The notes under the pieces were generated by a model. The model worked only from the letters and a program-made list of their open reading frames with translations. It was not told the origin of the DNA and ran no database searches. From IMG/VR virus record IMGVR_UViG_3300012815_000001: 64,000 nt of DNA. One strand, written 5' to 3'. Positions 55,351 through 63,786 of this stretch are shown here, piece after piece (the stretch's first letter is position 1; each line of letters starts with the position of its first letter). The position numbers and the translations under genes are program-made. This DNA comes from a virus.

Positions 55351-58050
55351 TCATGCGGCAGCCGCCTTAATGTGGTCCCAATTGTCCACATTCCAACCCG
55401 CCAGCCGGGCTTGCGCTCGCCAGGCGAACACCGCCTTGCCTAGGTCGGCTGCCTTAAGTGATGGGGGCTGGGAAGCGTCATCACCACGAGGAAAAAAGAA
55501 CGCCCCGAACTTGCGGTTACTACCATCGGTCCAGGGTATGGCACGCGTCTTGTCCACCTCGGAGCTTATGAATAGCGAGAACTTCGTCTGGCTCATCACA
55601 TGCTCTTTGTTGCGGTGGCACCACTCCAGGAACATCGCGTACAAGTCCGTGGACAAACAGGCGCCCCACATCTCGCGCCCAAGGTCGCCACACTGCCAGA
55701 GTGACAGGAAAGTCTGCCAACTTGCTCGACTCAAGGCAACCAATCGTTCGCGGGCCTCGGTACTCGGCGGCCTGGTGCGCTGGTCGAAGTCTCCAAGATC
55801 AACGGACAACAACCACGCGTACAGCGCCGCAACACCACCATTCTCTAGCTCTCGGCCCACCGCCTTTTGACGCTCCACCGGAAGTGTCTCCATCGGCCAC
55901 AGCACTAACATCCGCCGATCACTGGGCGCGATAGGCCAGGGCATAATCTCGTTGCTTAGGAACGCTGCATTCATGTGGTTGGCTTCCTCCCAACCGTTGA
56001 TGAACTTCGACTCCATGCGCACGGTCTTGCCGGTGACCAGGTGCTTGATCTTGCCTACCTGGTTGTAGCGCTGGTCACGGCTGACCACTTCCTCAAACAC
56101 TGCCCACAGCTTGCGGCTTTGCCAGGCGTTGAAGTTGCTTTCCAACTGGGTCTGGCCGACCGTGGCGGCGTACTGCCCGTACAACAACCCAAAGGCATCA
56201 GCGAACAGCAAGCTTTTACCCGAGCCCTCCATAGTGGAGTGAGCCAGGACCGCTGTATCCATTTTCGCTCCGAGGTGCTGCAAGGGATACGCGAGCCACT
56301 TCACCAGCCAATCGTTCGACGACTTATCGTGGTTGCACAGGAAAGAGATCAACCACCGCAGGTTCTCGCACGCCGCGTCATCGCGGCTCGGTTCCATGGG
56401 CAGTCCGTCGAAGGTATTGATATAGACGTTCGGATCTTTGGTCATTGTCGGGTCGAACACAATGTTCTCCACGTCAACCACGCGGCGATCCGGGCTGTTC
56501 AACCACATGCCGTACATATCGCCGAGGGCCATCTTGACGGCGCCCTCTGGCACACGGCGTTTCTTCTCTCGGTCCCAAACATCCTTGGTACCGTCGATAT
56601 AGACATAGCGCTCAATCGGCTCAAGATTCAGCGCCCCACCCTTCTTACCCGCCATCTTGCGGGCCTGCTCGATCTCTTTGACCTTATCGTCCGAAATCAG
56701 CTTTTTCTGGGTGTCATCCATCCACTGTTTCGCCAGGGGCTTCCCGACACGGGCCTCAAACGCGGTTTTCTTCATCGTCCGTGCCTTGTCGAGATCCCAC
56801 ACTTGCGTGGTGCCCTCGACTAGCACGTACCTGCGCAGCACCTGCTCATAGGTCAACGCCTCCCCCGCCCCCCCGTCAGCAGCAGGAGCGGCTTCACTGA
56901 CTGGCGCGCTGGAGTCCTGCTCGCTGGCATCCGCCGATGGGGTCGGGGGAAGTTCCAGAGGGTTCGGGCGTGAGGAATGCTGCATGCCCAACATGCGGGC
57001 TGCATCCTTCACGGCTTTCGATTGGTCGCCATCGTGGTCCAGCAGGCAGAAGACCTCAAAAGCATCATTCTGGTGACCGTTGGCCAACGGATCCGCGCCG
57101 TGATGGGAATAGACCTTGCCTTCGGTGACCGTCACACCTGGTAGCCCGGTGCTGCTCTGGGGGTACAACCATTTGTTACCCCGCTTGATGTAACCGTGGG
57201 CGCGCAACAGTTCCTCAACATCGTGGCAACGATTGAACTCGTCGATCACCGACGGCTTGTCTCCTGCTGGCGCCGCACGCTTGACGGGCTTCGCGGCAGG
57301 CTTCCTGGGCTTTGGCGCCCATGGGCACGCGGCCTCGGCGTTGCGCTTGAAGACGTCCCAATTCTGCCAAATGTTCAGCAGCTCATTGGTGAGAACTGGC
57401 AGGCCTTCAGCTGCGTTCGGCGGCGTGCGCCAGGCGTAGGGCTTTCCAGTGCCTGGATGGATCGATGGCGGAAAAACGTCCTGCACCAGGCCTGCACGCA
57501 ATTCAAACACCGTGAAGCGCTTGTATTCCTCGGCCTCGGTTTGCGCTGCGGCCTCATCAACAGCATCACCCAGCTCTTTCGCCGCCTTGGCCCGAGCCAT
57601 CAACGCCTTGTGAATCGAGCCATCCGGGTCTTTTTCATTGGGCCACGAAAGCGAGTGGCGCGTCAGTTCAATGTCGTCGGGCATCTTGAACAGCACACGG
57701 AAACGCAGCGGGTTGCCAACGATGGTCGGATAGACCACTGCCATGGCATCCAGATCAAGGCCCATCTGATCAAACAATACAAACCGCGTCCACTGCACAT
57801 CGTCAACGTCCAACGAGCAAACACGGCTTGGTCCGAGCACTACGCCCAGGTTGTGATTGGGATTGCGTTGCCAGAATGCTTCGGCGGCGACCGGGTCGGT
57901 GATGTAGCCTCCCGGCTTGTTCCAACCCTTACCCTTCGGACCCTTTTCGCCCGGTTCAATCGGGACCAGAGCAAGATTGAAGGTTTCGATGTAACGGCGC
58001 GCCCATTCTGCTATTGGCACTCCGGAAGCTGCCGCGCTCATAGGAAGCAC
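55351..58050 (-). CDS. Bifunctional primase-polymerase / SF3-type helicase replication protein
   Basis: N-terminal Prim-Pol (KGPKGKGW...NLGVVLG...SLDVD); C-terminal EGSGKS Walker A, VFEEV, LSN. Confidence 0.92.
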   Translation of the reverse strand: MLPMSAAASGVPIAEWARRYIETFNLALVPIEPGEKGPKGKGWNKPGGYITDPVAAEAFWQRNPNHNLGVVLGPSRVCSLDVDDVQWTRFVLFDQMGLDLDAMAVVYPTIVGNPLRFRVLFKMPDDIELTRHSLSWPNEKDPDGSIHKALMARAKAAKELGDAVDEAAAQTEAEEYKRFTVFELRAGLVQDVFPPSIHPGTGKPYAWRTPPNAAEGLPVLTNELLNIWQNWDVFKRNAEAACPWAPKPRKPAAKPVKRAAPAGDKPSVIDEFNRCHDVEELLRAHGYIKRGNKWLYPQSSTGLPGVTVTEGKVYSHHGADPLANGHQNDAFEVFCLLDHDGDQSKAVKDAARMLGMQHSSRPNPLELPPTPSADASEQDSSAPVSEAAPAADGGAGEALTYEQVLRRYVLVEGTTQVWDLDKARTMKKTAFEARVGKPLAKQWMDDTQKKLISDDKVKEIEQARKMAGKKGGALNLEPIERYVYIDGTKDVWDREKKRRVPEGAVKMALGDMYGMWLNSPDRRVVDVENIVFDPTMTKDPNVYINTFDGLPMEPSRDDAACENLRWLISFLCNHDKSSNDWLVKWLAYPLQHLGAKMDTAVLAHSTMEGSGKSLLFADAFGLLYGQYAATVGQTQLESNFNAWQSRKLWAVFEEVVSRDQRYNQVGKIKHLVTGKTVRMESKFINGWEEANHMNAAFLSNEIMPWPIAPSDRRMLVLWPMETLPVERQKAVGRELENGGVAALYAWLLSVDLGDFDQRTRPPSTEARERLVALSRASWQTFLSLWQCGDLGREMWGACLSTDLYAMFLEWCHRNKEHVMSQTKFSLFISSEVDKTRAIPWTDGSNRKFGAFFFPRGDDASQPPSLKAADLGKAVFAWRAQARLAGWNVDNWDHIKAAAA

Positions 58051-58066
58051 TCCAACTGGTCATACC

Positions 58067-58297
58067 CTACTCCGCTGCGCGTAGCCGCTGTAGGGCTTCT
58101 GAAATTGAAATCACTTGATATCGAATCAGCAAAGAAGAGTTTTCGATATTGGTTAGCGCCAAGTCGCCATCCCTCAGCGGGGACTTCCCATCCCAATCGT
58201 CCACCACACGCTTGGCCCCGAACGCTCGCAGGAACGCCGTTGAATTTCTGGTCTTGCCGGAAGCCTGTGGTCCGACGATGATTAATGGCTTGCCCAT
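58067..58297 (-). CDS. Small P-loop-containing phage protein (76 aa)
   Basis: MGKPLIIVGPQASGKT; RBS GAGGT; start 58297. Confidence 0.7.
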   Translation of the reverse strand: MGKPLIIVGPQASGKTRNSTAFLRAFGAKRVVDDWDGKSPLRDGDLALTNIENSSLLIRYQVISISEALQRLRAAE

Positions 58298-58322
58298 AAC
58301 GCACCTCAATGGAGAAAAAAAC

Positions 58323-58646
58323 ATGCTGAAGGAAGAATTGCGCCACACCCATTTCCCATACTGTATTGCCAAGCAAGAAGACGGTACGTACGTCGTCACC
58401 AACCGCAACTACAAACCAATTGGCTTCTTGACTGGCGACTGGGTGGACTACAGCGATAGTCCAATCGGGATTAAAATCAAAGGCCTCACAGCGAAGGTCG
58501 CCGCGAAGCTCGATCACCAAGGGAGAGAGAACCTCGATAACATCTATCTGTACGGCGACGGATGCACTCCAACGTCGGATAAAAAATCCATGGATGCTTA
58601 TCTCTCCAGGCTCGCGATACTGATGAAATTGAAGATAGGAAGCTGA
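58323..58646 (+). CDS. Moron: hypothetical protein antisense within the early operon
   Basis: RBS GGAG, ATG 58323; FPYCI...NRNYKPIG...IYLYGDGCTP; lower GC than flanks. Confidence 0.75.
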   Translation: MLKEELRHTHFPYCIAKQEDGTYVVTNRNYKPIGFLTGDWVDYSDSPIGIKIKGLTAKVAAKLDHQGRENLDNIYLYGDGCTPTSDKKSMDAYLSRLAILMKLKIGS

Positions 58647-58665
58647 CGCGCGTAGGGAGGATGAA

Positions 58666-58872
58666 TCACGCACGCTTCACCTCCCTTATCTGCTGGCAAC
58701 TGACGCAAGTGGCACAACCTTGGATCGTCTGTTGACGCAGTAACGGGATAGGTTCGTCGCAATCCTCGCAGAATTGCGCGCTGACGGAGCATGTCGGGCG
58801 TGGGCGATTTGCTAGTGCACGCAGGCGGAACTGTTCGGCGGCCTCGTTGGCGATATCGACATCATCAGACAT
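58666..58872 (-). CDS. TraR/DksA C4-type zinc finger protein
   Basis: MSDDVDIA...CEDCDEPIP..R...GCATCVSCQ. Confidence 0.9.
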   Translation of the reverse strand: MSDDVDIANEAAEQFRLRALANRPRPTCSVSAQFCEDCDEPIPLLRQQTIQGCATCVSCQQIREVKRA

Positions 58873-59353
58873 TGTCAGCTCCCTCCATCGCCTTGCGGGC
58901 ACCCGCCATGATGCCAAGCACCTCACGAATAACATCCATGCCGCGCTGCTCCAGCAGGAGTACTTCGTGGGGCTCCCAGATATTGTCGGCAGCGCCGTCG
59001 TGCATGCAGGCCACGAACTGGCCCGACTCCTCGAGCATCTTGCCGACGGCCTTCAAGGCATCTGCAGTTGCCGGTACCGGAATTGGCTTGTACCAAACGG
59101 CACCCGCTGGCCTGACCATGGCATCCAGCAGGCAAGGATCGCCGGTCAACCTGATCACCTCTTCCAGCTCATCAGGGTCCAGCCAGCGCCGCTCTTCGTC
59201 GTGCTTGACCTTCTTCTGCAGGCTGTCGTAATCGAGCACCATGTCGAGTGCCAAGGCGGTCACGCCGCCCCGGTAATCATGTGCCGCGCGATAGATCGCT
59301 TTGCGGAGAGAAAGAACCGGCCCAGCGGCCGGCGATTTATCTGTTCGACTCAT
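58865..59353 (-). CDS. CII-family phage regulatory protein
   Basis: YRAAHDYRGGVTALA..M...SLQKK...L...ELEEVIRLTGDP.LLDAM; follows cro. Confidence 0.8.
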   Translation of the reverse strand: MSRTDKSPAAGPVLSLRKAIYRAAHDYRGGVTALALDMVLDYDSLQKKVKHDEERRWLDPDELEEVIRLTGDPCLLDAMVRPAGAVWYKPIPVPATADALKAVGKMLEESGQFVACMHDGAADNIWEPHEVLLLEQRGMDVIREVLGIMAGARKAMEGADNV

Positions 59354-59405
59354 AACCGTAAATACCCCTTTTACGGTCTAGCCATAGAAAGGGGCACGCC
59401 CTATC

Positions 59406-59496
59406 CTACGACCACGACCGATGTGCATGTGCTGTGTGTCGTCGTAGCCGGGCTGGGGGATCTTTGGTGAGAGGCCCCAGTCCGGCACCCTTTTTT
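59406..59496 (+). ncRNA. Candidate two-hairpin regulatory RNA element between cII and cro
   Basis: CTACGAC/GTCGTAG stem enclosing CATGTGCTGTG; GCCGGGCTGGGG/CCCCAGTCCGGC stem enclosing TTTGGTGAGAG; T6 tail; strand is inferred. Confidence 0.55.
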
Positions 59497-59704
59497 ATGC
59501 AGCTCTGGGCTTGCGGCGCGATCCGATTGGTCGAATCTCCACCGCAAAACACGCCCCTTTCTCATCAACTCGCACTCGGATATCCCGTGCCGAGTTCAGC
59601 ATTTGAGACACCGCGCTTTGCGAAACCCCGATGAGTAAAGCCAGCTCTGGTTGAGTCTTCCCCTCAGCGAAATCTTCCAAGGGGATACCTATTTCATTAG
59701 CCAT
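59495..59704 (-). CDS. cro: Cro-like repressor
   Basis: KTQPELALLIGVSQSAVSQML...AVEIRP; divergent from cI; RBS GAGG before ATG 59704. Confidence 0.9.
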   Translation of the reverse strand: MANEIGIPLEDFAEGKTQPELALLIGVSQSAVSQMLNSARDIRVRVDEKGACFAVEIRPIGSRRKPRAA

Positions 59705-59741
59705 CCACGTTTCCTCGAATGGGCGTTTCGGCATGGATATT

Positions 59742-59750
59742 AGTGTTACT
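59742..59750. promoter_or_regulatory. Putative repressor operator core AGT-N3-ACT
   Basis: AGTGTTACT here and at 60693-60701; AGTAATACT at 60718-60726. Confidence 0.55.
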
Positions 59751-59822
59751 TCTTTTAAACAGCAAGAGAAAAAGTCGCAATGCTGTTTTGATAATATAAG
59801 TCTTCCTTATAAATTGGATGGC

Positions 59823-60620
59823 ATGACTATCTCAATACCTTTAGCCGCCGATGACGAGACCCGAAAAGCCGAGGCTATGCGCCTTAAAGCTATTTTTCAG
59901 GATCGCAAGCGGAACGACCCGACCCTCACCCAAGACAAAATCGCCGATCTCTGCGAATGGTCTGGACAAAGTGTCGTCAGCCAGTACTTGAATGGGCGCA
60001 TCCCCCTCAACATCAGCGCCCTCATAAAATTCGCGAACGTTTTGGGCTTTTCACTCGACGAAGTAAGCCCGCGATTGGCTGCTATAGCGGAGATGCCCCG
60101 CCTGCGGAATTCGCAAGAACACAAAAAAACATCAGCAAGCACTGACTGGGAAATGCACCCGATTGAAGTATGGGATGACGACACGCCCCTCGGCCCAGAC
60201 GAGGTCGAGCTGCCATTTTTTAAAGAAGTGGAATTGTCTGCCGGCAAGGGATCTGAGGTGATGCTTGAAACAAACGGGCGCAAGCTGCGATTCGGCAAAC
60301 GAACCTTGAAACGAAAGAGTATTGATCCGGCCGCTGCTGGCTGCGTGCCTGTAACCGGGAACAGCATGGAGCCCGTGCTACCGGATGGCAGTACAGTCGG
60401 GGTCGATACCGCGAATACGACCATCCAGGACGGCAAGATGTATGCAATCGACCATGACGGCCAACTCCGCGTGAAGCTGCTCTACCGCCTGCCAGGCTCC
60501 GGCCTACGCCTTCGCAGCTATAACACTGATGAGCATCCTGACGAGCGTTACGATGGCGGCTACGTGGAGCAGCATATTCGCGTGATTGGCAAAGTGTTCT
60601 GGTACTCCGTAATGCTCTGA
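59823..60620 (+). CDS. cI: CI repressor (HTH plus S24 autopeptidase)
   Basis: LTQDKIADLCEWSGQSVVSQYLNG HTH; LSAGKG cleavage site; VTGNSMEP catalytic Ser; LRVKLL catalytic Lys; start ATG 59823. Confidence 0.95.
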   Translation: MTISIPLAADDETRKAEAMRLKAIFQDRKRNDPTLTQDKIADLCEWSGQSVVSQYLNGRIPLNISALIKFANVLGFSLDEVSPRLAAIAEMPRLRNSQEHKKTSASTDWEMHPIEVWDDDTPLGPDEVELPFFKEVELSAGKGSEVMLETNGRKLRFGKRTLKRKSIDPAAAGCVPVTGNSMEPVLPDGSTVGVDTANTTIQDGKMYAIDHDGQLRVKLLYRLPGSGLRLRSYNTDEHPDERYDGGYVEQHIRVIGKVFWYSVML

Positions 60621-60636
60621 CGCTCCCGCAAATCGA

Positions 60637-60660
60637 AAAGGCCCTTAGGGGTCTTTTTTT
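60637..60660 (+). terminator. Terminator after cI
   Basis: AAGGCCC-tta-GGGGTCTT followed by a T run. Confidence 0.7.
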
Positions 60661-60692
60661 TCGCCTACTAATTTTATTTGCGCTATTTTATA

Positions 60693-60731
60693 AGTGTTAC
60701 TGTTGACTTATGAAATCAGTAATACTAATTT
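60693..60731 (+). promoter_or_regulatory. Leftward early promoter (PL-like) with two operator cores
   Basis: TTGACT at 60703-60708, TAATTT 17 nt later, flanked by AGT-N3-ACT sites. Confidence 0.55.
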
Positions 60732-60768
60732 TGCACTCGTATCAACCTCTCACCAAAGAGTACGAGCC

Positions 60769-60969
60769 ATGCAAACAACACAGCACAGCACCACCCGCTG
60801 CCCTGTCTACCTCCACCCGGCTGCGGCGACCAGCCCGGGCGCGGTAGAGCGTATTCAGCGCAGCACCGGCCTATTGGTCATCGTCAATCTCGGACGCGCC
60901 ACCATGGCGCCCGCCCCGGTAGCAATCGCTACCGATGACCGGGGTCCATGGGGAGGTGACGCAGCATGA
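60769..60969 (+). CDS. Small early protein (66 aa)
   Basis: MQTTQH...CPVYLHPAAA; coupled to the next gene. Confidence 0.65.
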   Translation: MQTTQHSTTRCPVYLHPAAATSPGAVERIQRSTGLLVIVNLGRATMAPAPVAIATDDRGPWGGDAA

Positions 60970-61547
60970 GACCGATCCTGATTGGTCTCACCGGCCGCGC
61001 TCGCTCTGGCAAGACCACTGCCGCCGAACACTTGGCGCGAACTTACCTGCTGGAGCAATACGCCTTCGCCGACCCGCTCCGTGATGGCCTGATGGCGATC
61101 TTCAACCTCGATCCGACCGACTTTGAAGGCGACCGCAAAGAGCTGCCGCTCGGCTGGCTGGACCGCTCGCCACGCCAACTTATGCAGTCGATGGGCACCG
61201 AGTGGGCGCGCAAGACTGTGCACCCTGATGTGTGGGTGAAGCTCGCGGAGCAGAACCTCGACTACATGACTAATGCGTTGGGTGCCGTTATCGGATTCGT
61301 TGTCAGCGACGTGCGGTTTGAGAACGAAGCCGACCTTATTCGCCGCCGCGGTGGCACGGTCATTCACGTCTGCCGCGCCGACGCGCAGGCCGTGAATCCG
61401 CACGTTAGTGAAGCGGGCATCGCCGGCAACAAAGATGACCTGCTGGTTTTTAACAACGGCACGGTCGAGGAGTTTCTGGATGCGCTGAATTGGGTATTCC
61501 TCATGGTCCGCGCACGGCAGCAAGACCCCGAACAGCTCCCTGCCTGA
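60966..61547 (+). CDS. Deoxynucleoside monophosphate kinase
   Basis: IGLTGRARSGKTT, FADPLR, RQLMQSMGTEWAR, SDVRFENEA. Confidence 0.9.
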   Translation: MRPILIGLTGRARSGKTTAAEHLARTYLLEQYAFADPLRDGLMAIFNLDPTDFEGDRKELPLGWLDRSPRQLMQSMGTEWARKTVHPDVWVKLAEQNLDYMTNALGAVIGFVVSDVRFENEADLIRRRGGTVIHVCRADAQAVNPHVSEAGIAGNKDDLLVFNNGTVEEFLDALNWVFLMVRARQQDPEQLPA

Positions 61548-61558
61548 GGCCCGCAGCC

Positions 61559-61834
61559 ATGAACCGCACCCTGGATCAAACAGCAGCATTGCTCGGACTC
61601 AAGCCCCGCGCCTTCCGCACCAGGTTGCGGGAACTCGGCGTACTCAACTCATCCGGCGACTTGGCCAGCGCGCATCGCGACCGTGGCCACCTCTTTTCAG
61701 ACCCACGCAGCCGCTGGAATCCAACGCTTGGCAACTACACCCACTACGCAGTGGTGATGGTGAAAGAGTCGGGCGTTGAGTGGATCGCAAAAAAGCTAGA
61801 CATCGTCATCACCAAAAAGGACGCCGCAGCATGA
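61559..61834 (+). CDS. Antirepressor KilAC-like domain protein
   Basis: TAALLGLKPRAF...LRE...VMVKESGVEWIA; start ATG 61559. Confidence 0.65.
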   Translation: MNRTLDQTAALLGLKPRAFRTRLRELGVLNSSGDLASAHRDRGHLFSDPRSRWNPTLGNYTHYAVVMVKESGVEWIAKKLDIVITKKDAAA

Positions 61835-62205
61835 AGCCGAACGCCATCAACTCCGCTGTAGGCGCCCTAAAGCTGGTGCCTATGTTCCTTAATCACCCAA
61901 CAGTGATCAGCCGCGCCACTCTGATTGGCGCTTCATCGGAAGCCGTCGAGCTGCTGGAAGCGCTGCCTTGCGTGTCGGTCGAGCTGGCCGAAGTGTTCCG
62001 CTGCGTTGACGCCGTGATCGCTGACGGCCAGGTCGCCTACGTGACACCGGTCAAGTGTCCCGAATATCCATACGGTGCCGTCGTCGCGGACGCCCAGGGC
62101 AACGTCCTGGCAGCGGCCAAGGGAAAGAGCAAAGAAGGTCTCGCCGAACTCATCCGGCTCAAGCTGGTGCCCCGAAAGGAGGGGCATGGGGAGGAATTCG
62201 CGTGA
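61831..62205 (+). CDS. Hypothetical phage protein
   Basis: ATGA overlap with the upstream gene; start 61831. Confidence 0.65.
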   Translation: MKPNAINSAVGALKLVPMFLNHPTVISRATLIGASSEAVELLEALPCVSVELAEVFRCVDAVIADGQVAYVTPVKCPEYPYGAVVADAQGNVLAAAKGKSKEGLAELIRLKLVPRKEGHGEEFA

Positions 62206-62444
62206 CCACCACCCTGGAACAACTCCGCCGCCAGTTCGCCACACCGTGCCCGACCTTGACCGCCGTGCGTGAGCAGTACTTCACGCACATCCGCACCGAC
62301 CGCTACCTGCTGAGCGAAATCAAGGCAGGGAAGATCCAGCTGGTGGTCAAGCGCCTGCACTGCTCGGCCCGCGCCAAGCCAGTCGTTTACCTGCATGACC
62401 TGGCCGACTACCTCGACGCCCAGGCGACGAAGCAAGCGGCCTGA
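62202..62444 (+). CDS. PrtN-family (pyocin activator-like) DNA-binding protein
   Basis: TLEQLRRQF...VREQYFTH...IKAGKI.L...VYLHDLADYLD; GTG start with RBS GAGGA. Confidence 0.8.
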   Translation: MTTTLEQLRRQFATPCPTLTAVREQYFTHIRTDRYLLSEIKAGKIQLVVKRLHCSARAKPVVYLHDLADYLDAQATKQAA

Positions 62445-62507
62445 TTCAAACGGTAGCCCCTGCCGACCAGGGGCAGCGACAGCAACTCAACCAGTGAGAC
62501 ACAGCAC

Positions 62508-62858
62508 ATGAAAGCGACCAACACCGCCGAATTTATTGGCGAACTCAACGCCGGCGTTTTCGCCAACCAAATCGGGCACGCCCTCTCGGAAGTCGCGGCC
62601 GGTGTCGTCGACAACAAGAAGGTTGGCACCGTCACGCTCACCTTCACCCTGAAGCAAATCGCCGACAGCCACCAGGTCACCGTCAACCACAAGCTCGCCT
62701 ACAAGGTGCCGACCAAGCGCGGCAGCCGCAGCGAAGACACCACCCTCGACACGCCGATGCATGTCGGTTCGGGTGGCCGCCTCACGCTGTTCCCGGAGAC
62801 GCCTCACGCGGACCAGATGTTTAGCCGAGACGAGGCCCCGATTCACGCCAAGTCGTAA
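62508..62858 (+). CDS. Conserved phage protein (usual partner of DUF2303)
   Basis: FIGELNAGVF...GTVTLTFTLK...TPMHVGSGGRLT. Confidence 0.8.
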   Translation: MKATNTAEFIGELNAGVFANQIGHALSEVAAGVVDNKKVGTVTLTFTLKQIADSHQVTVNHKLAYKVPTKRGSRSEDTTLDTPMHVGSGGRLTLFPETPHADQMFSRDEAPIHAKS

Positions 62859-62902
62859 CGCTTCACCACTCCATACCTCTCACCAAAACAGGAATAGATC
62901 CA

Positions 62903-63712
62903 ATGGAAGCTCGTGCAATTCAACTGATTCAAGACACCGCCCTGCTCGCCCATGCCAAACCGCTGGGCACCTTCACGCCAGTTCTGGCGCTGCCAGACGA
63001 CGTCACGCTACACAGCATCGAGAAGTTCCAGGAACAACGCAGCCGCTTCCGTGGCGCACTGGCAACCCACTCATTGAAGGACTTTGCCGACTACGTAGTA
63101 GCCGCAAAGGGCCCAGCCGCCGTTGGTTTCGTGAACGGCGATGCAATGGCCTGCACCGTCTACTTCAACCTCGGTGACATCGAAAATCCAGGGCACGGCG
63201 ACTACAGCGCGACGCTCACCCTCAAGAAAACCGCCGCGTTTCTGGCGCTTGAGCACGCCGCACAACGGCAGCACGCTCAGAAGGATCTCAGCGACTGGAT
63301 CGAAGACTGGGCACCGAATCTGAAAGCCTTGGACGCTGACGATAAAGAGATTGACCTGCGCAAGGCTGCCGGGGCGATTCGCTCCATCAGCATCGAGCAA
63401 GCACGCAAGAGCGAACACATAGTTGGCGACATGAGCGCCTCCCGTTCGGCGATGGACCAGATCGAGGCCAAGTCATCGGAAGGCCTGCCGGCTGAATTCC
63501 TGTTCACCGTAGCCCCTTACGAAGGGCTGACCGCACGCACCATCCGCTTGCGGGTAGCAGTACTGACTGGCGGCGATAAGCCCGCACTGCGCCTGCGTTG
63601 GATTGGCGAAGCACAACTGCGCGAAGACCTGGCGCAAGAGTTCAAACAAGTCGTTCAAAAAGAGGTCGGCGGTTCCGCGACCTTGACGATCGGCACATTC
63701 GACCTGGGTTAA
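62903..63712 (+). CDS. DUF2303/YfdQ-family protein
   Basis: RFRG...SLKDFADYV...HGDYSATLTLKKT...QKDLSDWIEDW...LPAEFLF...PYEG. Confidence 0.85.
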   Translation: MEARAIQLIQDTALLAHAKPLGTFTPVLALPDDVTLHSIEKFQEQRSRFRGALATHSLKDFADYVVAAKGPAAVGFVNGDAMACTVYFNLGDIENPGHGDYSATLTLKKTAAFLALEHAAQRQHAQKDLSDWIEDWAPNLKALDADDKEIDLRKAAGAIRSISIEQARKSEHIVGDMSASRSAMDQIEAKSSEGLPAEFLFTVAPYEGLTARTIRLRVAVLTGGDKPALRLRWIGEAQLREDLAQEFKQVVQKEVGGSATLTIGTFDLG

Positions 63713-63786
63713 CCACCTGCAACACCCCGTCGCCGTCCTCTCACCAAAACTGTCCGGCGGCGGGCTCTAATTTGAGGTCACAGCAC

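Noticed and set aside
55010-55354. 114-aa ORF with LGVLG repeats
   Set aside because: The peptide repeats are simply the translation of the CCCAACAC iterons.
58038-58673. 211-aa minus-strand ORF
   Set aside because: Overlaps two better-supported genes (58067..58297 minus, 58323..58646 plus) that have RBSs and recognisable motifs.
59733-59822. N-terminal extension of cI from ATG 59733
   Set aside because: It would overlap the operator/promoter region; ATG 59823 gives a typical repressor length.
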